Shown: positions 20,299-30,012 of the stretch, one piece after another
Layout: each line of letters opens with the position of its first letter
Position numbering within the stretch: the stretch's first letter is position 1
Position numbers and translations under genes: made by a program
NCBI GenBank assembly: GCA_049700215.1
Contig: JBNAVT010000001.1
Location: 32,001 to 96,000, forward strand
DNA from: Thermoproteota archaeon
GTDB lineage: Archaea > Thermoproteota > EX4484-205 > JAAOZP01
DNA length: 64,000 nucleotides
Direction: 5' to 3'
Notes under the pieces: generated by a model
What the model saw: the letters and a program-made list of their open reading frames with translations, nothing else
Told to the model about the DNA's origin: nothing
Databases searched by the model: none

Positions 20299-21281
20299 CT
20301 TCGTAAAGTTCAGGACGCTGGTTAAGGAGGAGTGTGAAACCGACGAGAAGTACGGTGAGCACCCGGATAAGAGGAGCGTCTCCAGGCTTCTGCAGCTGGG
20401 GGTTGTGAACCTGGATAAGCCGCCAGGGCCCTCGAGCCACGACGTTTCTTCAACAGTTAAGAGGATTCTTAACGCTGAGAAGGCTGGGCACGCCGGGACC
20501 CTTGAAGCAATGGGGAGATCCCGGTGTCTCCGGTGTTCTACCCGTATGCCTCAACGACGCTACTAAAACAATAGAATACCTCCATCTGATGAGTAAAGAG
20601 TATGTCGGAGTGTGCGAGGTCCACAGGGATTTCGACGAGAAGGCTCTGCGAAGATGGGTTGAGAAGATGACTGGCCCGATATACCAGCGGCCACCGGTTA
20701 AATCATCCGTTAAAAGATCGCTACGGCGGAGGATTGTTCTAAAGTTTACAGTCGAGGATGTTTCAGAGAGAAGGTTTGTCTTCAGGGTTGCTACTGAACC
20801 CGGCACGTACATCAGGAAGCTTCTTCACGATCTTGGCCTGCTCCTGGGAACTGGTGCACACATGGTTGAGCTTAGAAGAGTTAGGGACGGTTTTCTCAAC
20901 GAGGATTCTTCAACAACCCTCCTCGAGCTCTACGCAGCCTGGCAGCTCTACTCTAAGAAGGGTGACGAGACGCTTATCAGGAGATTCGTTAAGCCTGTTG
21001 AAGAAGCTTTCAAAGGATTTCCATCAGTCTACATTAAGGACAGCGCGGTCGCGGCAGTTGCACACGGCGCCCCCCTCGCCTCCCGGGGTGTTTCAAAAAT
21101 AGACCACCCGCTTTCCAAGGGCGACGTAGTATGCATAAAAACCCTGAAGGGAGAGTGCGTAGGCTTCGGCACTCTCACCATGGGTTCAGACGAGGTTCTG
21201 CAGGCTAAGAGCGGGATAGTTGTTTCAGTGGAGAGAGTTGTGATGGATAGGAGCCTCTACCCCAAGATGTGGGGCGGCTAA
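20288..21281 (+). CDS. cbf5: H/ACA pseudouridine synthase Cbf5, interrupted by a 13-nt intron
   Basis: LDKPPGPSSH and GHAGTL in frame 1; DPGVSGVLP, GTYIR, ELRR and PUA domain in frame 2; removing 20505-20517 restores GHAGTLDPGVSG. Confidence 0.93.
20505..20517 (+). other. Archaeal BHB-type mRNA intron in cbf5 (AAGCAATGGGGAG)
   Basis: Outer helix CCGGGA/TCCCGG, central helix CCCT/GGGG, 3-nt bulges TGA and AGA; splicing recreates the catalytic Asp codon GAT. Confidence 0.88.
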
Positions 21282-21370
21282 GAAGGCTTTAACCCGCCAG
21301 CCTCCTATCGTCGTGTTCAGTGCTCCGGCAAACAAAACTTAAAAACATGCCTCGCAAGCACTCTTCAAAT

Positions 21371-21499
21371 GCCGAGGTGCCCGAACTTGGCTAAGGGGCA
21401 AGCCTGGAGCACGCGCGCTGGCGTGCTAAAGCAGTTAAAGCGGTTTCAGCGAGCTTGTGGCCCTCCTGGGCCTTAGGGGTTCAAATCCCCTCCTCGGCG
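21371..21499 (+). tRNA. tRNA-Ser(GGA) with 42-nt intron at 37/38 (21410-21451)
   Basis: Acceptor GCCGAGG/CCTCGGC+G, anticodon stem CAAGC/GCTTG, loop CT-GGA-G^A, long variable arm, T arm AGGGG-TTCAAAT-CCCCT; BHB helix CTGG/TCAG. Confidence 0.92.
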
Positions 21500-21869
21500 T
21501 TTTAAATATTTATGTTTATTCAAGTAATGCGCTGGTTAAAAACCTGGATATTCTGTCCCTATAGCGCGCGCTAGTTGCGGCATCATCGTGAGCGGATAGG
21601 GCTGCGACGATGACAGCGTTAGGCGAAGGATGAATCCGGGTATTAAGTGTGCCGGAGGAAGGGTTTTATGAGGCTGGTTAAATGGCGTTTAGAGGACAGA
21701 AACCCGTTGGACTAGTTGAGCAGGTTCTCAGGCTTCAAACAGCCGTAGGATTAAACCGCTGTTTCCCAGGCACCGGCAGTCGTCCCGCCGGGTTTTTAAA
21801 CATCCCTGCTTGTTTCTTTGAAAAATAATGTTTATAACCAGCCTTATCCAGAGCCCTTTAGGCCTGCTT

Positions 21870-22346
21870 ATGAGCAACAGGGAGTTTAGGGAGATAGTGC
21901 GGATCGCCGGTGTGGATTGCGACGGCAAGAGAAAGGTATTGGACGGTCTATCGCTGGTTAAAGGCATAGGCTGGTCCACGGCTAGAGCGCTTTGCATAGC
22001 GCTGAACATACCTATGGACACTAGGCTGGGCTACTTGTCTGAGGAGGAGGTGGCTAGGATAGAGGCTGCGCTAAACAATCCCGGGTCGCTGGACATGCCT
22101 GTTTGGATGCTCAACAGGAGGAGAGACCCCCTGACCGGTGAGGATAAGCACTTGTTAACGTCTGATCTAGAGCTTACTCAGAAGATGGATATTGAGAGGA
22201 TGATGAGGATTAAGTCTTGGAAGGGTGTTAGGCATTCCCTCGGCTTAAAGGTGAGGGGGCAGAGGACTAGGACGACCGGAAGGACAGGCGGCCCAATAGG
22301 TTTTTCAAAGGCTGCCTTGAAGCAGGCTGAGAGCAGCAAGCAGTGA
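21870..22346 (+). CDS. rps13: 30S ribosomal protein S13
   Basis: IVRIAG.D, KGIG, SWKGVRH..GLKVRGQRTRTTGR; start ATG 21870. Confidence 0.96.
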   Translation: MSNREFREIVRIAGVDCDGKRKVLDGLSLVKGIGWSTARALCIALNIPMDTRLGYLSEEEVARIEAALNNPGSLDMPVWMLNRRRDPLTGEDKHLLTSDLELTQKMDIERMMRIKSWKGVRHSLGLKVRGQRTRTTGRTGGPIGFSKAALKQAESSKQ

Positions 22347-22352
22347 TGAGCA

Positions 22353-22844
22353 TTGGGCGACCCGCGTAAGATTAGAAGCAAAATCCTGCATCCGAAGCAC
22401 CCCTGGGTTAAGGAGCGTCTGGCGGAGGAGCTTGTCCTAGTCGGGGAGTATGGTTTGAGGAACAAGAGGGAGCTTTGGAGGGCTGCTTCCCTACTTAGGG
22501 GTGTGAGGGCTTCAGCCCGCTCCTACCTAAGCCTGACTGGTGAGGAGAGGGTTAAGAGAGAGTCTGAGCTTATTTCGAGGCTTCACAGGCTCGGCTTAGT
22601 GAGCAAGGATGCGAAGCTTGACGATGTTCTCTCCCTGACTGTTTCAAACATTCTTGAAAGGAGGCTTCAAACAATCGTCTACAGGAAGGGTTTTGCGAAG
22701 ACTATTCACGGCGCTAGGCAGGCGATAGTACACGGCAAGATCATGATAGGCAGCCAGGTTGTAAGATCCCCCGGCTACTTCGTCACCAGGGACGAGGAGC
22801 CTCTCATACGGGTTAAGACAGTCGAGGAGACTAAAGCAGCGTAG
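22353..22844 (+). CDS. rps4: 30S ribosomal protein S4 (uS4)
   Basis: MGDPRK, YGLRNKRELW, LERRLQT. Confidence 0.96.
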   Translation: MGDPRKIRSKILHPKHPWVKERLAEELVLVGEYGLRNKRELWRAASLLRGVRASARSYLSLTGEERVKRESELISRLHRLGLVSKDAKLDDVLSLTVSNILERRLQTIVYRKGFAKTIHGARQAIVHGKIMIGSQVVRSPGYFVTRDEEPLIRVKTVEETKAA

Positions 22845-22997
22845 ACTAGTTTCTCAACAGCAGGGCTGAGTTTAAACCCTTATGCGTGCCTGCTAAAGTA
22901 GTGAAGCAAACGTGTCTTTTATTCGGGGCTAAGCCTAAACTTATCTGTGTACCGCCGTCTCTCAAGCATGCTTACCGTAAACCATAGTCTTAAAAGC

Positions 22998-23393
22998 CTA
23001 GAACCTTCTTCCCCTTCTACCGCCTGGCTTCCTAGTTCCATCGGTTGGAATAGGAGTGACGTCTTCAATAGCTATTATCCTTAGTCCGGCTCTCGTCAAC
23101 GCTCTTATGGCTGCCTGAGCCCCCTGCCCAGGGGTTCTCGACTTTATGCCTCCTGGAGCCCTAACCCTGACCTTTATGCTTGTTATCCCCAGCTTTTTCA
23201 AGGCTCCAGCCACAGTGTTTGCAGCCACCATCGCGCCGTACGGGCTGCCGCCAAGCCTGTCAGCCTTAACATGCTGGCCTGCCGCGGATATTGCTAGGGT
23301 TGAGGAGCCGCTTGGGTCAGTAGCGTGAACTATAGTATTGTTGCCGGACGAGTATATTCGTACGACTGCGTATTTCTCTTGCTCAGTGCTCAC
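22998..23393 (-). CDS. rps11: 30S ribosomal protein S11 (inverted relative to neighbours)
   Basis: [37 protein letters not shown]; GTG start at 23393. Confidence 0.96.
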   Translation of the reverse strand: MSTEQEKYAVVRIYSSGNNTIVHATDPSGSSTLAISAAGQHVKADRLGGSPYGAMVAANTVAGALKKLGITSIKVRVRAPGGIKSRTPGQGAQAAIRALTRAGLRIIAIEDVTPIPTDGTRKPGGRRGRRF

Positions 23394-23514
23394 GCAGCCA
23401 TCCTGCGTAAGGAGGTTAATAAGCGTTCTCAAGACGGCTTCGGAGCCGGGTAGGGCCCATGACTGTGGAAACGCTAACCCTTAAATACCTTCCCGGGAAA
23501 ATAGCACGTTAATA

Positions 23515-24201
23515 TTGGATGTAAAGATACTTAGGCTGAGCGACGACTATCTGGAGGCTAGGCTGGAAGGCTGTTCAGAGGCGCTTGTAAACGCGATTAG
23601 AAGGGCTATTCTCGAAGAGGTTCCGACGCTGGCGATACACGAGGTCTTCATCTTCGAAAACTCCAGCCCGATGTTCGACGAGGTTCTTTCAAACAGGCTT
23701 GGCCTAATACCTTTGAGAACCCCGCCTGGGAAATACCTGCCGATGGATTCTCAAGAATGTCTGCAGGGCTCCAGCGAGAGGTGCTTCACCTCGCTGAGCA
23801 TAGATGTTTCCGCCGGCGACTCCCCGTTGACGGTTTACTCTAAGCATCTCGTCTGTAGGGATGAGGAGGTCTACCCTGTCTACGGCAATATTCCTATAAC
23901 CAAGCTTCCCCCTGGTGGAAAGCTTAGGCTTGAGGCAATAGCCAGGCTTGGAAGGGGTAAGATGCATGCTAAATGGCAGCCTGCCTCCCTAGCAACGTAC
24001 AGCTTCACGGATTCCCCGGATACGTTTGTTTTCAGGCTTGAATCAACGGGTTCTCTGCCCGCAATAGAGGTCTTCAGGCAGGCTCTGGGTATCCTGAGAG
24101 ATAAGTTTAAAACGCTTCTGGATTCTCTCATGCTTCCTGAGGTTGAAGAGAAGCGTGGCGGCGAGGAGGGTGTTGCTTTCGGTGAGGAAGGCGGCAGGTG
24201 A
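23515..24201 (+). CDS. rpoD: RNA polymerase subunit D (Rpo3)
   Basis: NAIRRAILEEVPTLAI, NSS.MFDE.L..RLGLIP, HAKWQP. Confidence 0.95.
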   Translation: MDVKILRLSDDYLEARLEGCSEALVNAIRRAILEEVPTLAIHEVFIFENSSPMFDEVLSNRLGLIPLRTPPGKYLPMDSQECLQGSSERCFTSLSIDVSAGDSPLTVYSKHLVCRDEEVYPVYGNIPITKLPPGGKLRLEAIARLGRGKMHAKWQPASLATYSFTDSPDTFVFRLESTGSLPAIEVFRQALGILRDKFKTLLDSLMLPEVEEKRGGEEGVAFGEEGGR

Positions 24202-24487
24202 CTCCAGGTTCTGGAGGAGTGTTGAGAGGCTTTTATCCAGACCAGGGAGCAGGATGGCTGAGGTTAACGTGGGTAAGATTGCGCGTTTAACCCAGCGGGG
24301 CGACCGTGTAGTAGTGCCTGGAAAAGTCTTGGGGAAGGGGGAGATTAACCATAGCGTCACGGTTGCCGCCCTGTTCTTCTCCTCAGCCGCGCTCGATAAG
24401 CTTAGGTCAGCCGGATGCACGGTTATGCGGCTTGACGAGTTTGCCAAGGTTGAGCAGAAGGGCTCAGGGGTGAAACTAATTGTCTGA
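24143..24487 (+). CDS. rpl18e: 50S ribosomal protein L18e
   Basis: EVNVGKI, VVVPGKVLG.G. Confidence 0.94.
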   Translation: MKRSVAARRVLLSVRKAAGDSRFWRSVERLLSRPGSRMAEVNVGKIARLTQRGDRVVVPGKVLGKGEINHSVTVAALFFSSAALDKLRSAGCTVMRLDEFAKVEQKGSGVKLIV

Positions 24488-24920
24488 GAAAATCCTTGTT
24501 GTGGATGCTACTGACCAGGTTCTAGGAAGGATGTGCTCAATCATAGCTAAGAGGCTCCTGGAGGGATACAGGGTTTACGTGGTTAACGCTGAGAAGACAA
24601 GGATCTCTGGGGGGAGAGACAGCTTCATCAGGGAGTACGAGGCCTTCCTGGGGGTGAAGAGCGTTAGGAACCCTAAGCATACGCCGAGGCATCCGAGGAG
24701 CCCGGTGACATACGTTAGGAGCGTTGTTAAAAGCATGCTTCCAATGGATAAGCCGAAGGGGATGGAGGCGTTTAGAAGGCTCAGGGTCTACTGCGGCTGG
24801 CCGAGCAGCGTTAAGGGTGGGGCTGTGAGGTTTAAGGATGCTGACGCATCCAGGCTTGGGAGAAGATCGTTCACTCTTTCAGACTTGAAGGGCTTTTTCA
24901 ACATTCCGGAGGCTGATTAG
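24480..24920 (+). CDS. rpl13: 50S ribosomal protein L13
   Basis: VDA...LGR..S..AK.LL.G..V.VVNAEK. Confidence 0.95.
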   Translation: MSEKILVVDATDQVLGRMCSIIAKRLLEGYRVYVVNAEKTRISGGRDSFIREYEAFLGVKSVRNPKHTPRHPRSPVTYVRSVVKSMLPMDKPKGMEAFRRLRVYCGWPSSVKGGAVRFKDADASRLGRRSFTLSDLKGFFNIPEAD

Positions 24921-24922
24921 GT

Positions 24923-25336
24923 TTGCCGACTCCTAGGAAACTGCCTTTGGTTGTAACGGGTTCCGTCAAGAGCTCGGTTGCTAGGGCTGTTGTTAAGCAG
25001 GGTTCCGGGCGCGTCACGATAAACGGCTACCCTGCTGAAAACTGGCTTTACGACCCGTACAGGATGCTCGCCTTAACGCCTTTGAAGCTTCTCCCTGAGC
25101 AGTTTAAGGATGTTGACGTCGAGGTTAAGGTTGAAGGCGGGGGTCATGCTTCGCAGGCTAGGGCGGTTATGCAGGCTTTAGCCAGGGGTATTACTCAATG
25201 GACGAGGAGCACGAGCGTTAGAAACGTTTTCAGAGTGTTCGACAGACATCTTCTCTCAGGAGACCCGCGGAGGAAGGAGCCTAAGAAGTTTGGAGGACCC
25301 GGTGCTAGAAGGAGGTTCCAGAAGTCCTACAGGTAG
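24923..25336 (+). CDS. rps9: 30S ribosomal protein S9
   Basis: GGG...QA.A, DPRRKEPKKFGGPGARRRFQKSYR. Confidence 0.97.
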   Translation: MPTPRKLPLVVTGSVKSSVARAVVKQGSGRVTINGYPAENWLYDPYRMLALTPLKLLPEQFKDVDVEVKVEGGGHASQARAVMQALARGITQWTRSTSVRNVFRVFDRHLLSGDPRRKEPKKFGGPGARRRFQKSYR

Positions 25337-25347
25337 GTGATTATGGC

Positions 25348-25572
25348 TTGATGTTCCCAGTTAGGTGTTTCACGTGTGGCAAAGTAATAGGCCACTTGTG
25401 GGAGGATTACCAGAGGAGGGTTGCTTCAGGCGAGGATCCGAAGCAGGTGCTTGACTCTCTCAGCGTCACAAGAATCTGCTGTAGGCGAATGTTTATTTCC
25501 CATGTCGATTATATTGACGAGCTGCTCTCATACTCTAGGGGACTATCTCTGGGGGAGGACTACAGGCAATGA
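25348..25572 (+). CDS. rpoN: RNA polymerase subunit N (Rpo10)
   Basis: PVRCFTCGK, RICCRRM. Confidence 0.97.
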   Translation: MMFPVRCFTCGKVIGHLWEDYQRRVASGEDPKQVLDSLSVTRICCRRMFISHVDYIDELLSYSRGLSLGEDYRQ

Positions 25573-26207
25573 GCACCGGTGAGAAAAGCGGGGAAGGACT
25601 GCTGATCCTTAGGACGGAGTATATTGCTGCAGGCGTCCACATAGGGACCAAGGTCTGCACCGTATGCATGAGGCGCTTCGTCAGGTTCACTAGGCCTGAC
25701 GGGCTGAACCTGATTGAGATCGCTCAGACCGATGAGAAGATCAGGGTTGCCGCCAAGGGGCTTTCAAGGTATGAGCCTGGTGACGTGATAGTTGTTTCAG
25801 GCAAGGAGTATGGGCGGATGCCTGTGCTTAAAATGTGCGAGTACACTGGCTTCAAGCCTATTGTCGAAAGGTTTCCCCCCGGGATCTTCTCAAACCCGAA
25901 GTATGAGGGCTATATTTCCCCGAAGATAATTCTTGTTTCAGACCCTAAGGTTGACGAGAAGGCTATTCGCGAAGCCACGCTCATCGGAATACCGGTTATA
26001 GGCATATGTGACACGGACGACTCCTGCTCCTACATAGACCTAATAATACCTGCAAACAATAAGGGGCGCAGCTCCCTAGCCCTCGTATTCTGGCTTCTAA
26101 CCAGGGAGGTTCTTAGAAACAGGGGTGTCCTCTCTCCGACTGAAAGCATGAGCGAGAACTTCCATGCTTTCGAAACCCAGATCGAGGAGGCTGCGGAGAC
26201 AGTCTAG
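25569..26207 (+). CDS. rps2: 30S ribosomal protein S2
   Basis: AGVHIGT, IPANNKGR.SLALVFWLL.REVL. Confidence 0.96.
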   Translation: MSTGEKSGEGLLILRTEYIAAGVHIGTKVCTVCMRRFVRFTRPDGLNLIEIAQTDEKIRVAAKGLSRYEPGDVIVVSGKEYGRMPVLKMCEYTGFKPIVERFPPGIFSNPKYEGYISPKIILVSDPKVDEKAIREATLIGIPVIGICDTDDSCSYIDLIIPANNKGRSSLALVFWLLTREVLRNRGVLSPTESMSENFHAFETQIEEAAETV

Positions 26208-26208
26208 C

Positions 26209-27054
26209 ATGGCTAGGGTTAGAAGGCCAGCGTACGCCGGAAGCTGGTACGAGGGCACTAGGGAGCGTCTTCTCGAGCAGCTTCAGAGCTTCTTCAAGGG
26301 TAGGCTCGGCTACGGGAGTCTTCCGGTTTTAGGCGAGTATGACTCTAGGCTGCTCGGGCTGATGGTTCCGCACGCCGGCTACGTGTACTCGGGCATGGCT
26401 GCCACATGGGCCTACGGGGAGGCTGCTAAACATGGCCCGAGGGAAACCGTGGTAGTGATGGGGCCGGACCACCATATGGCTTCAACGGGCTTCGCCACCA
26501 TGAGCGAGGGCGTGTGGCGTACTCCGCTGGGGGATGTTGGGGTCGACAGGCAGACGGTGAGCCTGCTGCTCAGCTCAGCGCCCTTCGTCGAGGATAATTT
26601 TCACGCGCACGCTTTCGAGCACTCTGTTGAAATACAGCTACCGTTCCTCCAGCTCGTCTACGGAGGCTCCTTCAAGCTCGTCCCAATAATAATACATGAT
26701 TTCAACCTTGACAGGAACATTAGGCTTGGGAAGGCTTTGTCTAAGGCTCTTGAAGGAAAGAAGGCTATTGTTATCGCTAGCTCAGACATGAGCCATTATG
26801 TTCCCGCGGGGGAAGCGGGGGAGAACGATATGAAGACGGTTAGGGCGATAGAGTCGCTGGATGAAAGGCTGATTCACTCCGTCGCCACCAACTATGAGTC
26901 GCTATGCGGCCTAGGGCCAGTTATAGCCCTAGTATCCTATGCGAAAGAAACCGGGTGCTCAAAAGCAAGCTTGCTAAAATATTATACTTCCGGTGAAATC
27001 ACGGCTGACTATCAGGGTGTAGTAGGATACGCTTCAATAGCCTTCTACAAGTGA
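26209..27054 (+). CDS. MEMO1-family protein (AmmeMemoRadiSam protein B)
   Basis: RRPAYAGSWY, PHAGYVYSG, EHSVEIQLPFLQ, ASSDMSHY. Confidence 0.93.
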   Translation: MARVRRPAYAGSWYEGTRERLLEQLQSFFKGRLGYGSLPVLGEYDSRLLGLMVPHAGYVYSGMAATWAYGEAAKHGPRETVVVMGPDHHMASTGFATMSEGVWRTPLGDVGVDRQTVSLLLSSAPFVEDNFHAHAFEHSVEIQLPFLQLVYGGSFKLVPIIIHDFNLDRNIRLGKALSKALEGKKAIVIASSDMSHYVPAGEAGENDMKTVRAIESLDERLIHSVATNYESLCGLGPVIALVSYAKETGCSKASLLKYYTSGEITADYQGVVGYASIAFYK

Positions 27055-27060
27055 CGGGGT

Positions 27061-28017
27061 TTGAAAGTAGTTTGCAGGGCTCCTGCAAAAGTAATAATTT
27101 CCGGCGAGCACTCCGTAGTATACGGACACCCCGCTCTAGTGGTTGCGGTTAACGTTTACTCGAAGGTTTCTGTTGAAGCTTTCGACGAAATCGGTGCCCA
27201 TGAGATTTTCTCCGATAAGTATGGGGTTGCGAAGATGATAGGGAGGGCCTTCTCCGGACCCAGCCAGCTGAAGCCTTTTGCGAGAATCATAGATGTTTTC
27301 AAGGATTCTGAAGGGTTCAAAGGCAGGCTCAGGGTTCGCATAAGCTCCGAGATTCCCCCCGCCTCCGGAATGGGTTCTTCAGCATCATTATCCGTCGCGC
27401 TGGCTAACGCCCTGCTTAAACTGGTTTACGATAAGCCTAGTGACGAGAAAGTGTTCAGCCTCGCCATGGAGGGGGAGAGGGTTGCCCACGTTAACCCGAG
27501 CGGCGTGGATGTGGCTGTAGCCCTCTGGGGCGGCCTAATCCTGTTCGTTAAAGATAAAGGGGTTGAACGGCTTGAGGCTGGGCAGGGAGTATTCCTGCTA
27601 GCAGACTCAGGCTTGGAGAGGAGTACGAAAGAAATGGTTCTTAAAGTAGCATCCCTAAAGGAGAGGGAGCCGAATCTCTTCAACATGATAATGACATCCG
27701 TAAGCGATGTCACGATCAAGATAAGCCGCCTCTTGAAGACCGATATTGTTGAAGCAGGCAGGCTCATGACGCTTAACCATCTCCTCCTATCCCTAATGGG
27801 CGTTTCAAACAGTAGGCTGGACTCCCTGGTGTGGACAAGCATATCGGCAGGCGCCTATGGCGCTAAGCTTACTGGCGGAGGAGGCGGGGGCTGTGTCCTG
27901 ACGCTGGTTGACGAGAAATCCTTGAACCCTGTTGAGGAAGCATTACGCAATTCGAACGCTCCCACAATGCTTCTTAAAATGGTTGAGAAAGGAGTTTACA
28001 CGGAGGAATTAGACTAG
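27061..28017 (+). CDS. mvk: Mevalonate kinase
   Basis: APAKVIISGEHSVVYG, GMGSSAS, PSGVD, AKLTGGGGGG. Confidence 0.93.
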   Translation: MKVVCRAPAKVIISGEHSVVYGHPALVVAVNVYSKVSVEAFDEIGAHEIFSDKYGVAKMIGRAFSGPSQLKPFARIIDVFKDSEGFKGRLRVRISSEIPPASGMGSSASLSVALANALLKLVYDKPSDEKVFSLAMEGERVAHVNPSGVDVAVALWGGLILFVKDKGVERLEAGQGVFLLADSGLERSTKEMVLKVASLKEREPNLFNMIMTSVSDVTIKISRLLKTDIVEAGRLMTLNHLLLSLMGVSNSRLDSLVWTSISAGAYGAKLTGGGGGGCVLTLVDEKSLNPVEEALRNSNAPTMLLKMVEKGVYTEELD

Positions 28018-28192
28018 AAGCCTTTTCGAACCCTTGCAGAATCCCTTTAACACATCACCCGCCGTGTCTGGCAGATTCAGATTCTACCTTGTTAAAGGCA
28101 AAAAGTCTTGGAGTAACCTAGCCATGCGGAATAATCAGTTTTATACGGATTTTTCTAAGCATACGCCGTGTAGATATTCGCATAAGACTCGC

Positions 28193-28830
28193 TTATGAAG
28201 GTGGAGGAGGCGGAGGAAACGGAGGAGGCTTAGGCTTTCTCCAGAGCTTCAGCGCAATGAGAATCACTATGAGGAGGACCACTATCGCTATAGCGCCTAA
28301 AATCAGGAATACTTGCGTGTAATTCTCGTCGTAGATTGCAATGAGCGTTAAGCTCGTCTGCTCACCCATCATCTGGATAACGACCTCACCATCTCTAGAT
28401 TCGACTACACTCGTCCAACGGTTAAACCGGTACTTGCCCCCGAGCATTCCGAAGAAGCCTTTCATCGGCTCCTCCGCAGGGGCCTTCGCCCTAACCACGT
28501 CACCCTCCTCATAGGCTCCTGAACCCTCGATCATCAACCCCACGTTGGAACCCACGGTCAGAGTGTATGTCTTAATCTGCTCCGGTTCAACAATCTGCAC
28601 GTGTATGATTTTCACAGCCGTGTTAACACCATCAGTAGACTTAACCTGTATCTCGTAACTGCCCTCCGGAAAGTCGCTTCTCCCAAGCTTTATTCTTTCA
28701 CTGCCCAATGATATTCTGTCCTCAGTTATCCTGCTTGCTTCCTCCTTATCAGAACAGTATACCAGAGCGTATCGCCGTCAGCGTCAGTCCCCCTCCAGGC
28801 CAGGGTGTAGTTGCGGCCGATCCCGAGCTT
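28193..28830 (-). pseudogene. C-terminal remnant of a membrane-anchored surface protein
   Basis: Broken upstream frames read W..TDADGDTLWY; ORF 28708-28193 has beta domains, a C-terminal TM helix and a PPPFPPPPPP tail. Confidence 0.55.
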
Positions 28831-28831
28831 C

Positions 28832-29795
28832 TTACTCTTCTTCTTTTAGAAGAAGAAAATAAAGATTAGATCTCCCCCCGAGCTTGAAGCCGAAGAGAAG
28901 TGGGGTTATTGCTTCGAGGTACATTTTAAGTTTAAGGGTGAAGGGCATGTTATTGAAATTTATACTTTTCACAACTTTCTTAACGCCAGACTGCGATCTG
29001 CCCCTTATTGTTACCAGGTGGTATCTTCTAGCACCTCCTGGTCCAGCAAGCTCCATCCAGCTGCCCGTTTTACTAACGTAGAAGCTCATTGTGAGAGTAG
29101 CCTCTCCGTCGAGAAACAGGTTCTCCAAGACTAGGCTCTCAGGGGCTTCGATGTAATTGCCTGAGACCTGCATTACGACGCCCCTGGGGAGTCCTTCCTG
29201 CTCCAGCCTTATCATCTCGCTGTCACCACTCAGCTTCCTTAGCCTTATGGTGTAGTTCTCCTTTTCAATAAGGCCCTGGTCGAAGGCTAATGGTGTCAGG
29301 TCGAACTCCACAACGTTCGTGACGCCTACATCAACATCTATATGGTAATTTATCCTTTCGACGGGGGGAAGTGTTTCAGAAGGTTGGATCGTTATCATAT
29401 ACCTTTTTGAACAGTATGTGGTTCCATCCGGAATGGTTTCCCTAGCGTCAACAGTGAAGTAGAAGTCCCCTGCTTCACGGGGGAAGCCTGACAACGTGAG
29501 AGTCCTTGACTCCACGCCTAGCGATGGGGAGGCTCCAAGCCCTGCTGGGGGAGAGCCGTCTTTTATTCTCCAAATCATGTTGTTTGGATAGGAGGACCCT
29601 GTGGTTGAGAATACTGCTGAGTAATACTCGCCCACCCTGCCATCCGGCAACTTGAGATAAAGCTGGCCTTCATGAGTCACCGTGTCGATGGGCGACGGGT
29701 TTGAGATTATATCCATGTTGCTGCACTGCGCGTACGCTGCTAACAACGTGAAAGATGCTGGCAATTAGGTAGGCTAGAAATAGCGAAATCCTCAT
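28832..29795 (-). pseudogene. N-terminal part of secreted Ig-like (He_PIG-type) surface protein, frameshifted in its signal peptide
   Basis: MRISLFLAYLIASI from ATG 29795 shifts into FTLLAAYAQC; LPDGRVGEYY...PPAGL...LSGFPREAGDFYFTV motif. Confidence 0.6.
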
Positions 29796-30012
29796 CTTCA
29801 ACACGCTTCGCCATTCTCGTACTCTAAAAGCTATATTTAAGCATTCATTTGCTCTGAAAGGAGTGGGACTGTTTGGGCGACTAGGCTCCGTTTTTTATCA
29901 GGTTGCGTACGCTTGCTGAAGACGAATGGTGTGAGAAAAGCATCATGCCCCTGTTCACGTCTTGCCGGAGGCTTGGCAACAGAGTTAAAAACTCTCTGAG
30001 AGTCTTCAAACC

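Noticed and set aside
20282-21281. cbf5 as a frameshifted pseudogene or two separate genes
   Set aside because: Fully explained by a 13-nt BHB intron that restores the catalytic motif
21500-21830. Possible C/D-box sRNA or other ncRNA between tRNA-Ser and rps13 (TCATCGT/ACGATGA hairpin)
   Set aside because: No convincing box C plus box D pair with proper spacing; insufficient support
22950-23470. Inverted repeats flanking rps11 as invertase sites (CCATAGTC / GACTGTGG)
   Set aside because: Only short imperfect matches expected by chance; no recombinase nearby
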